A stretch of 64,000 nt of DNA. Origin: an uncultured Gammaproteobacteria bacterium (GTDB taxonomy: Bacteria > Patescibacteriota > Patescibacteriia > 2-01-FULL-39-33). The translations under genes and the position numbers were made by a program. Location: the NCBI GenBank assembly GCA_964573235.1, contig CAZNIV010000002.1, forward strand, positions 6,102 through 70,101. The letters run 5' to 3'. Below the pieces are notes generated by a model. That model searched no databases and was not told where the DNA came from. It saw only the letters and a list, made by a program, of their open reading frames with translations. This document shows, in pieces, positions 31,416-40,987 of the stretch. Within the stretch, counting starts at the first letter, position 1. Every line of letters begins with the position of its first letter.

Positions 31416-32219
31416 CTAAAATTTCTTAATTAACTTTTTATAATTCTCGCAAAATTCTTTAGTGGCTTCTTCCATAATGGGATGAAACTTTTTAGAAATT
31501 CCTCTTTCCCGAACCATCATGCTGGAATCTAATAATGAATCATGCGTTCCAGCGTCAAGCCAGGCGCCATCAAAAATCTTAGCTTGCAATTCACCATTTT
31601 TTAAATAAAAATTTTGTACATCAACAATTTCTAACTCGCCGCGAGAAGATGGTTTTAAGTTTTTAGCCACCTCAACGGCGCGATGATCAAATAAATAAAA
31701 ACCAGCTACGGCCAAATCACTCACAAACTCCTGTGGTTTTTCGACAATTGCTTCTGGCTCACCTTGAGCATTTAATTTAATTACACCAAATCGTTCTGGA
31801 TCAGAAACTTTTTTAGCAAAAATACGACAACCAGACTCAAAACTCTTAATCTCTTCGGCAAAATTGTATTCAAAAATATTATCGCCAAAAATCAAAGCGA
31901 CATTATTTTCATCAACATGATTTTCACCCAAAATCAAAGCATCGGCCGTGCCACGCGCTACGCGCTGAACTTTAAAAGATATTTTAATGCCATATTTATC
32001 AAACATAGAACCAAGCAGATTAATAAAAGCACCACTATGATCTGGCGGTACGATTACTAAAATATCGGTAATACCACCGGAAATTAAAATATTAAGCGGA
32101 TAAAAAATCATGGGGCGATCATAAACCGGTAACAGCGGTTTAGCTATTACAGAAGTTGAGGGAAACAAACGCGTGGACATGCCACCGGCCAAAATAATTC
32201 CTTTTATTTCTTTTTTCAT
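31416..32219 (-). CDS. Sugar-phosphate nucleotidyltransferase (glucose-1-phosphate thymidylyltransferase-like)
   Basis: N-terminal GIILAGGMSTRLFP nucleotidyltransferase signature. Confidence 0.7.
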   Translation of the reverse strand: MKKEIKGIILAGGMSTRLFPSTSVIAKPLLPVYDRPMIFYPLNILISGGITDILVIVPPDHSGAFINLLGSMFDKYGIKISFKVQRVARGTADALILGENHVDENNVALIFGDNIFEYNFAEEIKSFESGCRIFAKKVSDPERFGVIKLNAQGEPEAIVEKPQEFVSDLAVAGFYLFDHRAVEVAKNLKPSSRGELEIVDVQNFYLKNGELQAKIFDGAWLDAGTHDSLLDSSMMVRERGISKKFHPIMEEATKEFCENYKKLIKKF

Positions 32220-32227
32220 AAATAAGT

Positions 32228-33358
32228 TTATTTACCAACAAACACGACCGACTCTTTAGTAGTGGCCGCGGTTTTATAAACTATCTTAATCATTTCTTTA
32301 GTAATATCACGCCCACCTAAACCCATTATAAAGCTAGTAATTTTTTGCTCACTGCCCAAAACGCGACGCATCTCGGAAGCCAAAATACCTTCGGCGCCAA
32401 GCGAAATTGATTTATCAATGACAGCAATATTTTTTGCCTTAACTAACTTCTTTTTAATTTCTTCTCCAGGGAATGGCCGTAAAGCTACTACTTTTAAAAT
32501 ACCTACTTTTTGACCGGATTGTTTTAATTCCGCTACCGTTTCTTTAATCGTACCCAACACCGAACCCATAGCTACAATCACCGTTTCAGCATCTTTATCA
32601 CCAGAATATTCTACTAAATTTAATTCGCGATCAAAAATTTCACCAAACTTTTTCATCTCTTCTTTAATCACTTCTTTTGAGGCTACTAAATCATCATGAA
32701 GCTCTTTACGAATTTCAAAATAATGCGCCGGGGTAGCAAAGGCGCCAAAAGTCACTGGATTATTAACATCTAAAAATTCTTTCGGGGAAAAGGCAGGCAA
32801 ATATTTTTTAATTTTAGTGGCGCTTTCAATTTCTACGGGCTCTACCACATGAGTTAAAATAAAACCATCCAAATTAACTATTACTGGAATAGCTAATTGT
32901 TCTGCAATTTTAAAAGCTAAAATGTGTAAATCACAAACTTCTTGATTATGTTCACCATACAACATAATCCAACCGGAATCACGCACCGTCATCGCATCTT
33001 GCTGATCGTTCCAAATATTAATTGGACCGGAAATAGCGCGATTAGCGCAAGTCATCACTACCGGTAAGCGCATGCCACCGATACAAAAAACCACTTCCGT
33101 CATTAACATTAAGCCTTGAGCACAAGTAGCCGTATAGGTACGAACGCCCGCCGCTGAAGCCCCTTGAACAATAGAGGCGGCAGCAAATTCACTTTCCGCG
33201 CGAATGTATTCAAAATCACCCTCGCCGTCAGCTTTAATTTGCGCCAACTCTTCTACGATATGTGTTTGGGGCGTAATTGGATAGGCACTAATTACCGCCG
33301 GTAAACAGGCATTTACCGTTTCGGCAATAGCGCGACTACCTTCTAATATCTTTTTCAT
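32228..33358 (-). CDS. porA: Pyruvate/2-oxoacid:ferredoxin oxidoreductase alpha subunit
   Basis: PFOR domain I/II sequence; 376 aa. Confidence 0.85.
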   Translation of the reverse strand: MKKILEGSRAIAETVNACLPAVISAYPITPQTHIVEELAQIKADGEGDFEYIRAESEFAAASIVQGASAAGVRTYTATCAQGLMLMTEVVFCIGGMRLPVVMTCANRAISGPINIWNDQQDAMTVRDSGWIMLYGEHNQEVCDLHILAFKIAEQLAIPVIVNLDGFILTHVVEPVEIESATKIKKYLPAFSPKEFLDVNNPVTFGAFATPAHYFEIRKELHDDLVASKEVIKEEMKKFGEIFDRELNLVEYSGDKDAETVIVAMGSVLGTIKETVAELKQSGQKVGILKVVALRPFPGEEIKKKLVKAKNIAVIDKSISLGAEGILASEMRRVLGSEQKITSFIMGLGGRDITKEMIKIVYKTAATTKESVVFVGK

Positions 33359-33369
33359 AATAAATTATT

Positions 33370-34116
33370 TTACTTCAACTCAATACTGGTTACTACTACA
33401 TCTTTAATTGGGCGATCGGCGCCCTCAGTAGTAACGGCTTGAATTTTCATTACAATATCTAAACCTTTAATTACTTCACCAAAGTTAGTATGACGACCAT
33501 CCAACCAAGGAGTGCTTTCGGCCGTCACAATAAAAAATTGACTGCCGTTTGTATTAGGGCCGGCATTGGCCATAGCCAATGATCCTTGAACTAATTTATG
33601 CGCATTAAACTCATCAGCAAATTTATAATCCGGACCACCAGTTCCCCAAGCGTTTTTCATACTATCTTCTTTTGAAAGCGGGTCACCACCTTGAATCATA
33701 AAATCTTTAATTACACGATGAAATTTAGTGCCATTATAAAAACCGGTCGAAGCTAATTTTAAAAAATTATAAACCGTTTTTGGAGAGTCAGCACCATAAA
33801 GTTTAACCGTAATATCGCCGTAATTAGTTTTAAATGTCGCCTGAGTGATGTTTTTAAATTCTTCCATCATATTATTTTGATTATTATTAATAGTAGTAGT
33901 AACTTTACTAGTTGCCATTGAAGAAGAGGCAACCGGATCTGTGTTATCTAATATAGTAGCATTCTCAGAAGATGTGATTGAAGATTGATTACTACTACCC
34001 AGTTCCGCCACTATCCCCGAAGGAACATTAGATGTTTCTTCAGAAATTTCTTGATTCATACAGCCACTAAGTGTTAAAAGTGTCATTGGTAAAACTAACA
34101 AAAATATTTTTTTCAT
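33370..34116 (-). CDS. Cyclophilin-type peptidyl-prolyl cis-trans isomerase with N-terminal lipoprotein-like signal and a Ser/Thr-rich linker
   Basis: FHRVIKDFMIQGGDP ... NGSQFFI core; signal peptide ending LSGC. Confidence 0.85.
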   Translation of the reverse strand: MKKIFLLVLPMTLLTLSGCMNQEISEETSNVPSGIVAELGSSNQSSITSSENATILDNTDPVASSSMATSKVTTTINNNQNNMMEEFKNITQATFKTNYGDITVKLYGADSPKTVYNFLKLASTGFYNGTKFHRVIKDFMIQGGDPLSKEDSMKNAWGTGGPDYKFADEFNAHKLVQGSLAMANAGPNTNGSQFFIVTAESTPWLDGRHTNFGEVIKGLDIVMKIQAVTTEGADRPIKDVVVTSIELK

Positions 34117-34121
34117 AATAT

Positions 34122-34397
34122 TTATTTTATTTCTTTTTTCATCATAATCGCCTTAACCGGACAAATTTCGGCACACAAGCCACAACCCTTGCAATAATCT
34201 AAATCAGCTTCAAAAAATATCTTGCCCTTACTATTTTTTTCACCCGTAGGAAAGCAAATACCCTCGGGACAAATGCGCTCACACATCCCACAAGAAATGC
34301 ATTTTTCATGATCAATTTCAGGATAATTTAATTCACGCCAATTACCCGTTTTAACTTGACTAGTTGATCCCGGTTGCGCTGTTAACTTTATCTTCAT
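34122..34397 (-). CDS. porD: 4Fe-4S ferredoxin, PFOR delta subunit
   Basis: Two CxxCxxCxxxCP clusters in 91 aa. Confidence 0.8.
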   Translation of the reverse strand: MKIKLTAQPGSTSQVKTGNWRELNYPEIDHEKCISCGMCERICPEGICFPTGEKNSKGKIFFEADLDYCKGCGLCAEICPVKAIMMKKEIK

Positions 34398-34399
34398 AA

Positions 34400-34939
34400 C
34401 TATTTGGTTAATAATTCAAAACCGCGACGAGCCGCTAAAACATTTTTTTCCGCAATCTCAGAAGTAAAGCGTTCGCGAATCGCTTTTTCTACGGAAGCCA
34501 TCTTAATTAATCCAGTTAAGCCCGCAAACGCGCCAAGTAAAATAGTATTAATAATTGGCCGACCAATAATTTCTAAACCAATCTTAGTGGCCGAAAGCGT
34601 TTTAACTATTACCCCCTTTGGCACTTCGATTTCCGAAGCGTCTTTTTCAGTGTTAATTAAAACCACCGTGCCCGCCTTAGCGCCAGCAAACACATTGGTA
34701 CCACTAATTAAGGTAGCATCTTGTACTAGAATATAATTGGGTTCATAAATTTGACTGCGCAATTGAATGAAACGATCATCCAAGCGGGCAAAAGCCACCA
34801 CCGGAGCCCCTCGTCGTTCAACGCCAAAATTAGGAAAAGCTTGAGAAAACTTACCATCAAAAAAAGCGGCTTCCGCAATTAATTCTGCCGCGGTTACTGA
34901 ACCCTGTCCTCCGCGACCATGTATTCTGATTTCTACCAT
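34400..34939 (-). CDS. porG: PFOR gamma subunit
   Basis: IHGRGGQGSVTAAELIAEAA motif; 179 aa. Confidence 0.8.
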   Translation of the reverse strand: MVEIRIHGRGGQGSVTAAELIAEAAFFDGKFSQAFPNFGVERRGAPVVAFARLDDRFIQLRSQIYEPNYILVQDATLISGTNVFAGAKAGTVVLINTEKDASEIEVPKGVIVKTLSATKIGLEIIGRPIINTILLGAFAGLTGLIKMASVEKAIRERFTSEIAEKNVLAARRGFELLTK

Positions 34940-34941
34940 AA

Positions 34942-35703
34942 TTATTTTAAATTTTTTATTCCTTCAATTACGCTAATCCAATTTTCCTTAGATATTTCAC
35001 CAGTTGCCTCATAACCATTAATGAAGAAAGTTGGCGTCCCTTGTAATCCCAAGCTAGTGGCATCAGTATTATCTTGTAAAATTTTAGCTTTTTCTTCTTC
35101 GGAGCTCATGCAACTTTGATACTTAACCAAATCCAATCCAGACTGCTTAGCTACTGCCTCTAGTTGGGTCATTTGAAAATTACCGGCCCCAATTGTGGTA
35201 AATAAGCGATCATGCATTTGCCAGAATTTACCCTGTTCATCAGCACAATAAGCCGATTGCGCAACAACGACTGAATTTTCATCTATTGTCGGATAAGAAC
35301 GGAAAATAAATCTTACCTCATTTTGGTATTTATTCATAATTTCACGAATAATCGGAAATTCTATTTGGCAATGAGCACACTGAAAATCGGCAAATTCTAC
35401 TATTACAATAGAAGAACTCGCACTACCCCAACTTGGACGATCACCTCTTTCGACGATAGAACGAATTTGACCTATATCTAAGGTTTGAGCGGTTTTAACT
35501 GGAACTTGACTATAGCCATCTTTCATAATCAAATAAAAACCATAAGCCAAAAACCCCGATAAAATTAATAATATAGTAACCAAAATAATCAAAAAAATCC
35601 CCCAAGATTTTTTATACCAACGCTTGACCGGCGTCTGATTAATCTCGCCTTCAGGCTTTTCTGGGCTTGAATTATTAATAATAATGTATTGGGGTTCGGT
35701 CAT
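34942..35703 (-). CDS. Membrane-anchored DsbA-like thiol:disulfide oxidoreductase
   Basis: N-terminal TM, thioredoxin fold with a CAHC active site. Confidence 0.7.
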   Translation of the reverse strand: MTEPQYIIINNSSPEKPEGEINQTPVKRWYKKSWGIFLIILVTILLILSGFLAYGFYLIMKDGYSQVPVKTAQTLDIGQIRSIVERGDRPSWGSASSSIVIVEFADFQCAHCQIEFPIIREIMNKYQNEVRFIFRSYPTIDENSVVVAQSAYCADEQGKFWQMHDRLFTTIGAGNFQMTQLEAVAKQSGLDLVKYQSCMSSEEEKAKILQDNTDATSLGLQGTPTFFINGYEATGEISKENWISVIEGIKNLK

Positions 35704-35786
35704 GTTTTTGTTAATTTATAACTTATTTTACAACGAAATTAAAAATACTTTTTAAGTATAACACAATTATTAAAAACGCAAAATAG

Positions 35787-35815
35787 TTGACTTATACCTA
35801 AAAAAGTGCTAGAAT
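35787..35815 (+). promoter_or_regulatory. Host promoter for secG (TTGACT-17-TAGAAT)
   Basis: Read directly from the sequence. Confidence 0.45.
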
Positions 35816-35842
35816 TATTTTACTTTAGTAAGTGAATTTTTT

Positions 35843-36058
35843 TTGTTTATGATTATTGATATCATTCAAATTATCGCCTCAATCTTGTTAGTGATCGCTA
35901 TTATTATGCAAAATCGCAGTGCCGGCTTGGGTTCTACTTTCGGTGGCGATGGCAATGTCTATTCTACTAGACGCCACATGGAAAAGTCTTTGTTTAATTT
36001 TACCATCATTTTGGCCGCTATATTTTTAGTGACCGCTCTCATTAACACGATACTGTAG
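35843..36058 (+). CDS. secG: Preprotein translocase subunit SecG
   Basis: 71 aa, two TM helices, conserved LGSTFGG-like glycine-rich loop. Confidence 0.8.
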   Translation: MFMIIDIIQIIASILLVIAIIMQNRSAGLGSTFGGDGNVYSTRRHMEKSLFNFTIILAAIFLVTALINTIL

Positions 36059-36099
36059 TCGATTTTCAATTGAGAAAATCCTCTAAAAACAGCTAAAAC

Positions 36100-37935
36100 G
36101 TGAATCTTATATCCAATTGGGGAAAAAAGTTATCCGACTATTTTTCTCCGCAACAACGCAAGCTAAAGAAACTTCAAAAACAACACCAAGCTGATAAGCG
36201 GTTGGTTAGTTCTTTGAATAAATCTAAATGGCCTAATTGGGCTCAATTTAGGCTTTTACCTAAGGTTTTAACTAAAACTGAAAAAAAAATAGTTAAAATT
36301 TTATCAAGTGCTATCTTTTTAGCTTTAATTGCTCTTTTTACTAATATTTACTTTCAGCAAACCGTTGCCGTACCTATGGTTGGTGGCATTTATACCGAGG
36401 GCTTGATTGGAGCTCCTCGCTTTATTAACCCCATCTTAGCACCCACTAACGATGCTGACACCGATTTATCTTCTTTGATTTTTTCTGGCTTATTAAAATA
36501 CGACAAGAATAATCAATTAGCTCCTGATTTAGCAATTAGCTTACCGATTATGTCAGCTGATCAGCTAACTTATACCTTTAATCTAAAGCCCAATGTCCAA
36601 TGGCAAGACGGCCAACCACTAACGGCCGACGATATTATTTACACTATTGCTTCAATTCAGGATTTGGAATTTAAATCCCCCCTATGGCGTAGTTTTCAAA
36701 ATATTATTGCTGAAAAGATTGATGATCAAACTTTAACTTTCACCCTCAAAGAGCCTTATGCGCCTTTCTTGGATTTAATGACAGTGGGAATTTTGCCCCA
36801 ACACTTATGGAGTGATATTCCAGCCGGTACTGCCGACTTAGCCGAATTAAATAAGCGCCCAGTTGGTACCGGGCCATGGAAATTTGATAGCTTCAAAAAA
36901 GATAAGATCGGCAATATTAAGTCATACACTCTGGCCGTCAATGAAAGCTATTATGGCGATAAACCGTATTTAAGCAAATTAGTTTTTAAATTCTACGGTG
37001 ATTTTATTTCAGCTGTAGAGGGTTTAAAAAATAAAGAAGTTGAAGGCATCGCCTCTTTACCAAAAGAGTTGCGCGATTCGTTAAAAAAATATAACAACAT
37101 TAACTATCACGAACTAGATCTTTCCCAATACACTGCGATTTTTTTCAATCCTAAGAAAAATGAATTATTAAGTTCCGAGTACATTCGCCAGGCTTTGGCT
37201 ATGGCCTTAGATAAACAATCTATCGCCAACGATCCTAATAATTTTGGCAGTCATGTAATTGACGCCCCTATCTTACCTAATATCAAAACCAGTCCCGACA
37301 TTCAAAAATATGGCTATAACCAACAAGAGGCTATTAACCTATTAGAAAAAAATAATTGGAAACTAATTTCTTCTACTACCGCTGATGGCACCACAATTCA
37401 ATACCGCAAAAAGGGTCAGTATGATTTATCTATTACTATTACTACCGTTGATAAGCCAGAAAATAATAAAGTAGTAGGATTGATTAAAACAGCCTGGGAA
37501 AAAATCGGTTTTAAAGTAACAATTAACACGATAGATAAAAATCGCATTCGCCAAGATGTAATTAACAGTCGCGATTATGAAGCTTTGTTATTTGGTGAAA
37601 ATTTGGGCTCCGATCCTGATCCTTATCCATTCTGGCATTCTTCACAAGTTGACCCTCCAGGGCTAAACCTAGCCATGTACGCATCAAAGGATGTAGACAA
37701 ATTAATTGGAGATGCTCGCAAAACCGCCGATTGGCAAGAGCGCCAAACAAAATACTGGTCATTTCAAACACAAATAACCAAAGATTTACCAGCTATATTT
37801 TTATATGCTCCCACTTATACTTATCCTCAAGATGAGCAAGTTAAGGGCTTTAATGTAATAAATATAACTCAGCCTTCGGATCGCTTCAACAATCTATCCG
37901 ATTGGTATATTAAAACTAAACGAGTCTGGAAATAA
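36100..37935 (+). CDS. ABC transporter substrate-binding protein, family 5 (Opp/Dpp-like), membrane-anchored
   Basis: 611 aa, N-terminal TM anchor, SBP_bac_5-like sequence. Confidence 0.8.
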   Translation: MNLISNWGKKLSDYFSPQQRKLKKLQKQHQADKRLVSSLNKSKWPNWAQFRLLPKVLTKTEKKIVKILSSAIFLALIALFTNIYFQQTVAVPMVGGIYTEGLIGAPRFINPILAPTNDADTDLSSLIFSGLLKYDKNNQLAPDLAISLPIMSADQLTYTFNLKPNVQWQDGQPLTADDIIYTIASIQDLEFKSPLWRSFQNIIAEKIDDQTLTFTLKEPYAPFLDLMTVGILPQHLWSDIPAGTADLAELNKRPVGTGPWKFDSFKKDKIGNIKSYTLAVNESYYGDKPYLSKLVFKFYGDFISAVEGLKNKEVEGIASLPKELRDSLKKYNNINYHELDLSQYTAIFFNPKKNELLSSEYIRQALAMALDKQSIANDPNNFGSHVIDAPILPNIKTSPDIQKYGYNQQEAINLLEKNNWKLISSTTADGTTIQYRKKGQYDLSITITTVDKPENNKVVGLIKTAWEKIGFKVTINTIDKNRIRQDVINSRDYEALLFGENLGSDPDPYPFWHSSQVDPPGLNLAMYASKDVDKLIGDARKTADWQERQTKYWSFQTQITKDLPAIFLYAPTYTYPQDEQVKGFNVINITQPSDRFNNLSDWYIKTKRVWK

Positions 37936-37955
37936 TCCTATCTTTTAGGATTTAA

Positions 37956-38039
37956 GCCGAAATGGTGAAATTGGCAGACACGCAACGTTCAGGTCGTTGT
38001 GGGCTCACGCTCGTGAGGGTTCAACTCCCTCTTTCGGCA
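37956..38039 (+). tRNA. tRNA-Leu (anticodon CAG), no encoded CCA
   Basis: 7-bp acceptor stem gccgaaa/tttcggc, anticodon loop ttCAGgt, long variable arm, T-arm agggTTCAACTccct. Confidence 0.8.
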
Positions 38040-38104
38040 ATAAAAATAAAAAATATTTATCCCCAAATTTGGGGAACGATTTAAATAAAACTTAATTAAA
38101 AGTA

Positions 38105-40192
38105 ATGAACTCGAACAATCCGATTCGTAATCATCATTTTGGTGACACTCATCAAAATAATCAAAAACCACGAATCAACCCAGAACCGAATACTCGGCCC
38201 AACCGCCAGTCTTTCACAAGACCGTTGGCAAACAAAACGACTCCAAATAATAAAGGTAACGACCTTAATTTAATGGATCCATTAAATTTGGATTTGGCTT
38301 CTTTGCAGGCCACCAAAATTACCCCTAGACCAATCAATGCCCAGCCACTTAAACCAGCCATGCCGGCAATGCACATGACTAAAATTGTGCAATCAATGCA
38401 CAATGCTGCTAAAATTAATTTACCGTCACTTACTAGCGATCAAAAACAAAAGACTCGTTTTAAACCAACTCCGACCATCATGAAAGTAACTCCGGCCCAA
38501 CAACCTGCAACTCATCAAGATAGTCGCGATGTTTTAAAAATTATTCCTTTAGGTGGTTGCGAAGAAGTTGGCCGAAATATGACCGTTTATGAATACAAAA
38601 ACGATATCATTATTCTGGATATGGGTATTCAATTTCCCGAAGAAGATATGCCAGGTATTGATTATATTATTCCTAATATCGATTACCTCAAAGGTAAAGA
38701 AAAAAATATCCGTGGTGTAATTTTATCCCATGGTCATTTAGATCACATCGGAGCGGCGCCAATCTTATTGGAAAAATTAGGCAACCCAACGGTGATTGCC
38801 CGTAATTTAACTTTGGCCATGGTTAAGCATCGCTTAGAAGACTACAAATCTGGGAGTTCCAAGCAATTGAAAACCATCATGATTAACCGCATCGAAGATA
38901 CCATCAAACTTGGCGCCTTTACTGTCAATTTTTTTCAAATTGAACATTCCATTATGGATGCGGTCGGCACCATTATCCACACTCCGCATGGCACCATTAT
39001 TCACCCTGGTGACTGGACAATGGAAAAAGATGCCAACAATCAACCTATTTTAGATTACTCTTACTTATCAGATTTACCTCGTCCTACTATTCTAATGTTA
39101 GAAAGCTTAGGCGCTATTGATGTCAGAAAGAGTGCGTCTTCTGAAGAAATGAAAAAGAATCTAGAAGGCTTAATTACCAATGCCCCAGGTCGGGTTATTA
39201 TTGGCACCTTTTCTTCTCAAATCGAAAGAATTGGTTGGATTTTACAAACTTGCCAAACTATGGGCAAAAAAGTAGCCCTTATCGGATATAGCATGAAGAT
39301 GAATGTGGAAATCGCTCAAGAATTGGGTTATATTAAAGTCAAAAAAGATACTCTGATTGATATTAACAAGGTTGAAGATTATCCAGAAAACAAAACCGTA
39401 ATTATTTGTACCGGCGCTCAAGGCGAAGACAACGCCGCGCTTTCTCGCATCATTGAAGGAAGCGACCGCAACATTAAAATTCGCAAAAACGATACTATTA
39501 TTCTTTCTTCTTCAATTATCCCTGGCAATGAACGCACCATTCAAAGACTAAAAGATAATTTATATCGCCAATGCGATAACGTTATTCATGGTCACATTAT
39601 GGACATTCACGTTTCTGGTCATGGTAACCGTGAAGACATCGCCCACATGTTAAGAATGATTCAGCCTGATTACTTTATTCCAGTTTATGCCAATCATTAC
39701 ATGCTTAAAGAAGCGGCCAAGTTAGCCGAATCGATTGGCTTCTTTAAAGAACGTATTATTGTTCCGGACAATGGTTCTATTATGGAATTCGACCGTAATG
39801 GCGCCAGCGTATCCAGCAAAAAAGCTAACACTGACTACATCTTTGTTGATGGATTAGGTATTACCGATAGTAATAATGTCGTATTGCGTGATCGTAAAAT
39901 GATGGCTGAGGATGGTATGATTGTGGTTATCGCCACTGTCAATTCCAAAACTGGCCGACTGATTCATAATCCTGACATTATTTCTCGTGGCTTTGTTTAT
40001 ATGAAAGAAAATAAAACATTAATTGAAACCACCAGACAAAAAGTAAAGAAAATTATTGAATCTTCTGATATGGCGCATACCGCTCCGGACGACAAATTAT
40101 TAAAAGACAATATCCGTAACGAAATTGGTAAATTCTTATTTCAAAAAACCGAGAAACGCCCGATGGTTTTGCCCGTAATCATTCCTGTCTAA
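38105..40192 (+). CDS. rnj: Ribonuclease J (metallo-beta-lactamase/beta-CASP) with an N-terminal low-complexity extension of about 140 aa
   Basis: ILSHGHLDHIGA motif, beta-CASP and C-terminal domain; the true start may lie downstream. Confidence 0.85.
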   Translation: MNSNNPIRNHHFGDTHQNNQKPRINPEPNTRPNRQSFTRPLANKTTPNNKGNDLNLMDPLNLDLASLQATKITPRPINAQPLKPAMPAMHMTKIVQSMHNAAKINLPSLTSDQKQKTRFKPTPTIMKVTPAQQPATHQDSRDVLKIIPLGGCEEVGRNMTVYEYKNDIIILDMGIQFPEEDMPGIDYIIPNIDYLKGKEKNIRGVILSHGHLDHIGAAPILLEKLGNPTVIARNLTLAMVKHRLEDYKSGSSKQLKTIMINRIEDTIKLGAFTVNFFQIEHSIMDAVGTIIHTPHGTIIHPGDWTMEKDANNQPILDYSYLSDLPRPTILMLESLGAIDVRKSASSEEMKKNLEGLITNAPGRVIIGTFSSQIERIGWILQTCQTMGKKVALIGYSMKMNVEIAQELGYIKVKKDTLIDINKVEDYPENKTVIICTGAQGEDNAALSRIIEGSDRNIKIRKNDTIILSSSIIPGNERTIQRLKDNLYRQCDNVIHGHIMDIHVSGHGNREDIAHMLRMIQPDYFIPVYANHYMLKEAAKLAESIGFFKERIIVPDNGSIMEFDRNGASVSSKKANTDYIFVDGLGITDSNNVVLRDRKMMAEDGMIVVIATVNSKTGRLIHNPDIISRGFVYMKENKTLIETTRQKVKKIIESSDMAHTAPDDKLLKDNIRNEIGKFLFQKTEKRPMVLPVIIPV

Positions 40193-40282
40193 AAAACATC
40201 TCAATACCTAAACCGCCTACCTTTTAGTAAGTTAGGCGGTTTTGTTATATAATTAAGTGGTAATTAATAATAATTATTAAAA

Positions 40283-40963
40283 ATGGAGCAACCAATAAAC
40301 ATCCCCAGTTCTGGCTGGAAAAACTACACCCTACTTAATTTTAGCCCCGTCGTGCGCTGGTTAATTATTAGCGACTTTTTACTTCTTGGTGGCTTTGGTT
40401 TAATTGGTCCAATTTTTGCTATTTTTATCACTAACAATGTTACTGGCGCCAACCTACAAACCGCCGGTATTGCCGCCTCAATTTATTTATTAACCAAAAG
40501 CTTAGGACAAATTCCGGTCGCCAGCCTACTAGACAAAATAAAGGGTGAGATTGACGATTTTTGGGCGCTATTTCTCGGTATGTTTATGATGTCAATAATT
40601 CCATTAGCCTACATATTCGCCTCTACGCCAGGCTGGCTCTATTTAATCCAATTCATCTATGGCCTAGCAGCTGCTTTTGTTTTTCCGGCTTATATGGCCA
40701 TTTTTACCAGACACGTAGACAAGGACAAAGAAGGTTTAGCTTGGGGCACTTATTTTACCTTTACTGACTTAGGCGCGGCTGGAGCAGGAGCTATTGGTGG
40801 CACATTAGCTCAATATATTGGCTTTCAATCATTGTTTATTGTTGTAAGTGGTTTTTCTTTATTAAGCACTCTTTGCTTGTTGGCTATTAAAAGTCATCTC
40901 CGTCATCACTTGCGTCATGAGATTATTAACGAAAAATTAACCATTAAAAAAACCGCTAACTAG
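40283..40963 (+). CDS. Six-TM membrane protein resembling one half of an MFS transporter
   Basis: 226 aa, hydrophobic, MFS-like loop motifs; may be a split or truncated transporter. Confidence 0.45.
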   Translation: MEQPINIPSSGWKNYTLLNFSPVVRWLIISDFLLLGGFGLIGPIFAIFITNNVTGANLQTAGIAASIYLLTKSLGQIPVASLLDKIKGEIDDFWALFLGMFMMSIIPLAYIFASTPGWLYLIQFIYGLAAAFVFPAYMAIFTRHVDKDKEGLAWGTYFTFTDLGAAGAGAIGGTLAQYIGFQSLFIVVSGFSLLSTLCLLAIKSHLRHHLRHEIINEKLTIKKTAN

Positions 40964-40987
40964 CGGTTTTTTTAAAGCCAAAATGTT

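Noticed and set aside
37989-38171. 60-aa minus-strand ORF overlapping tRNA-Leu and the RNase J start
   Set aside because: It overlaps a well-folded tRNA and the 5' end of rnj; spurious.
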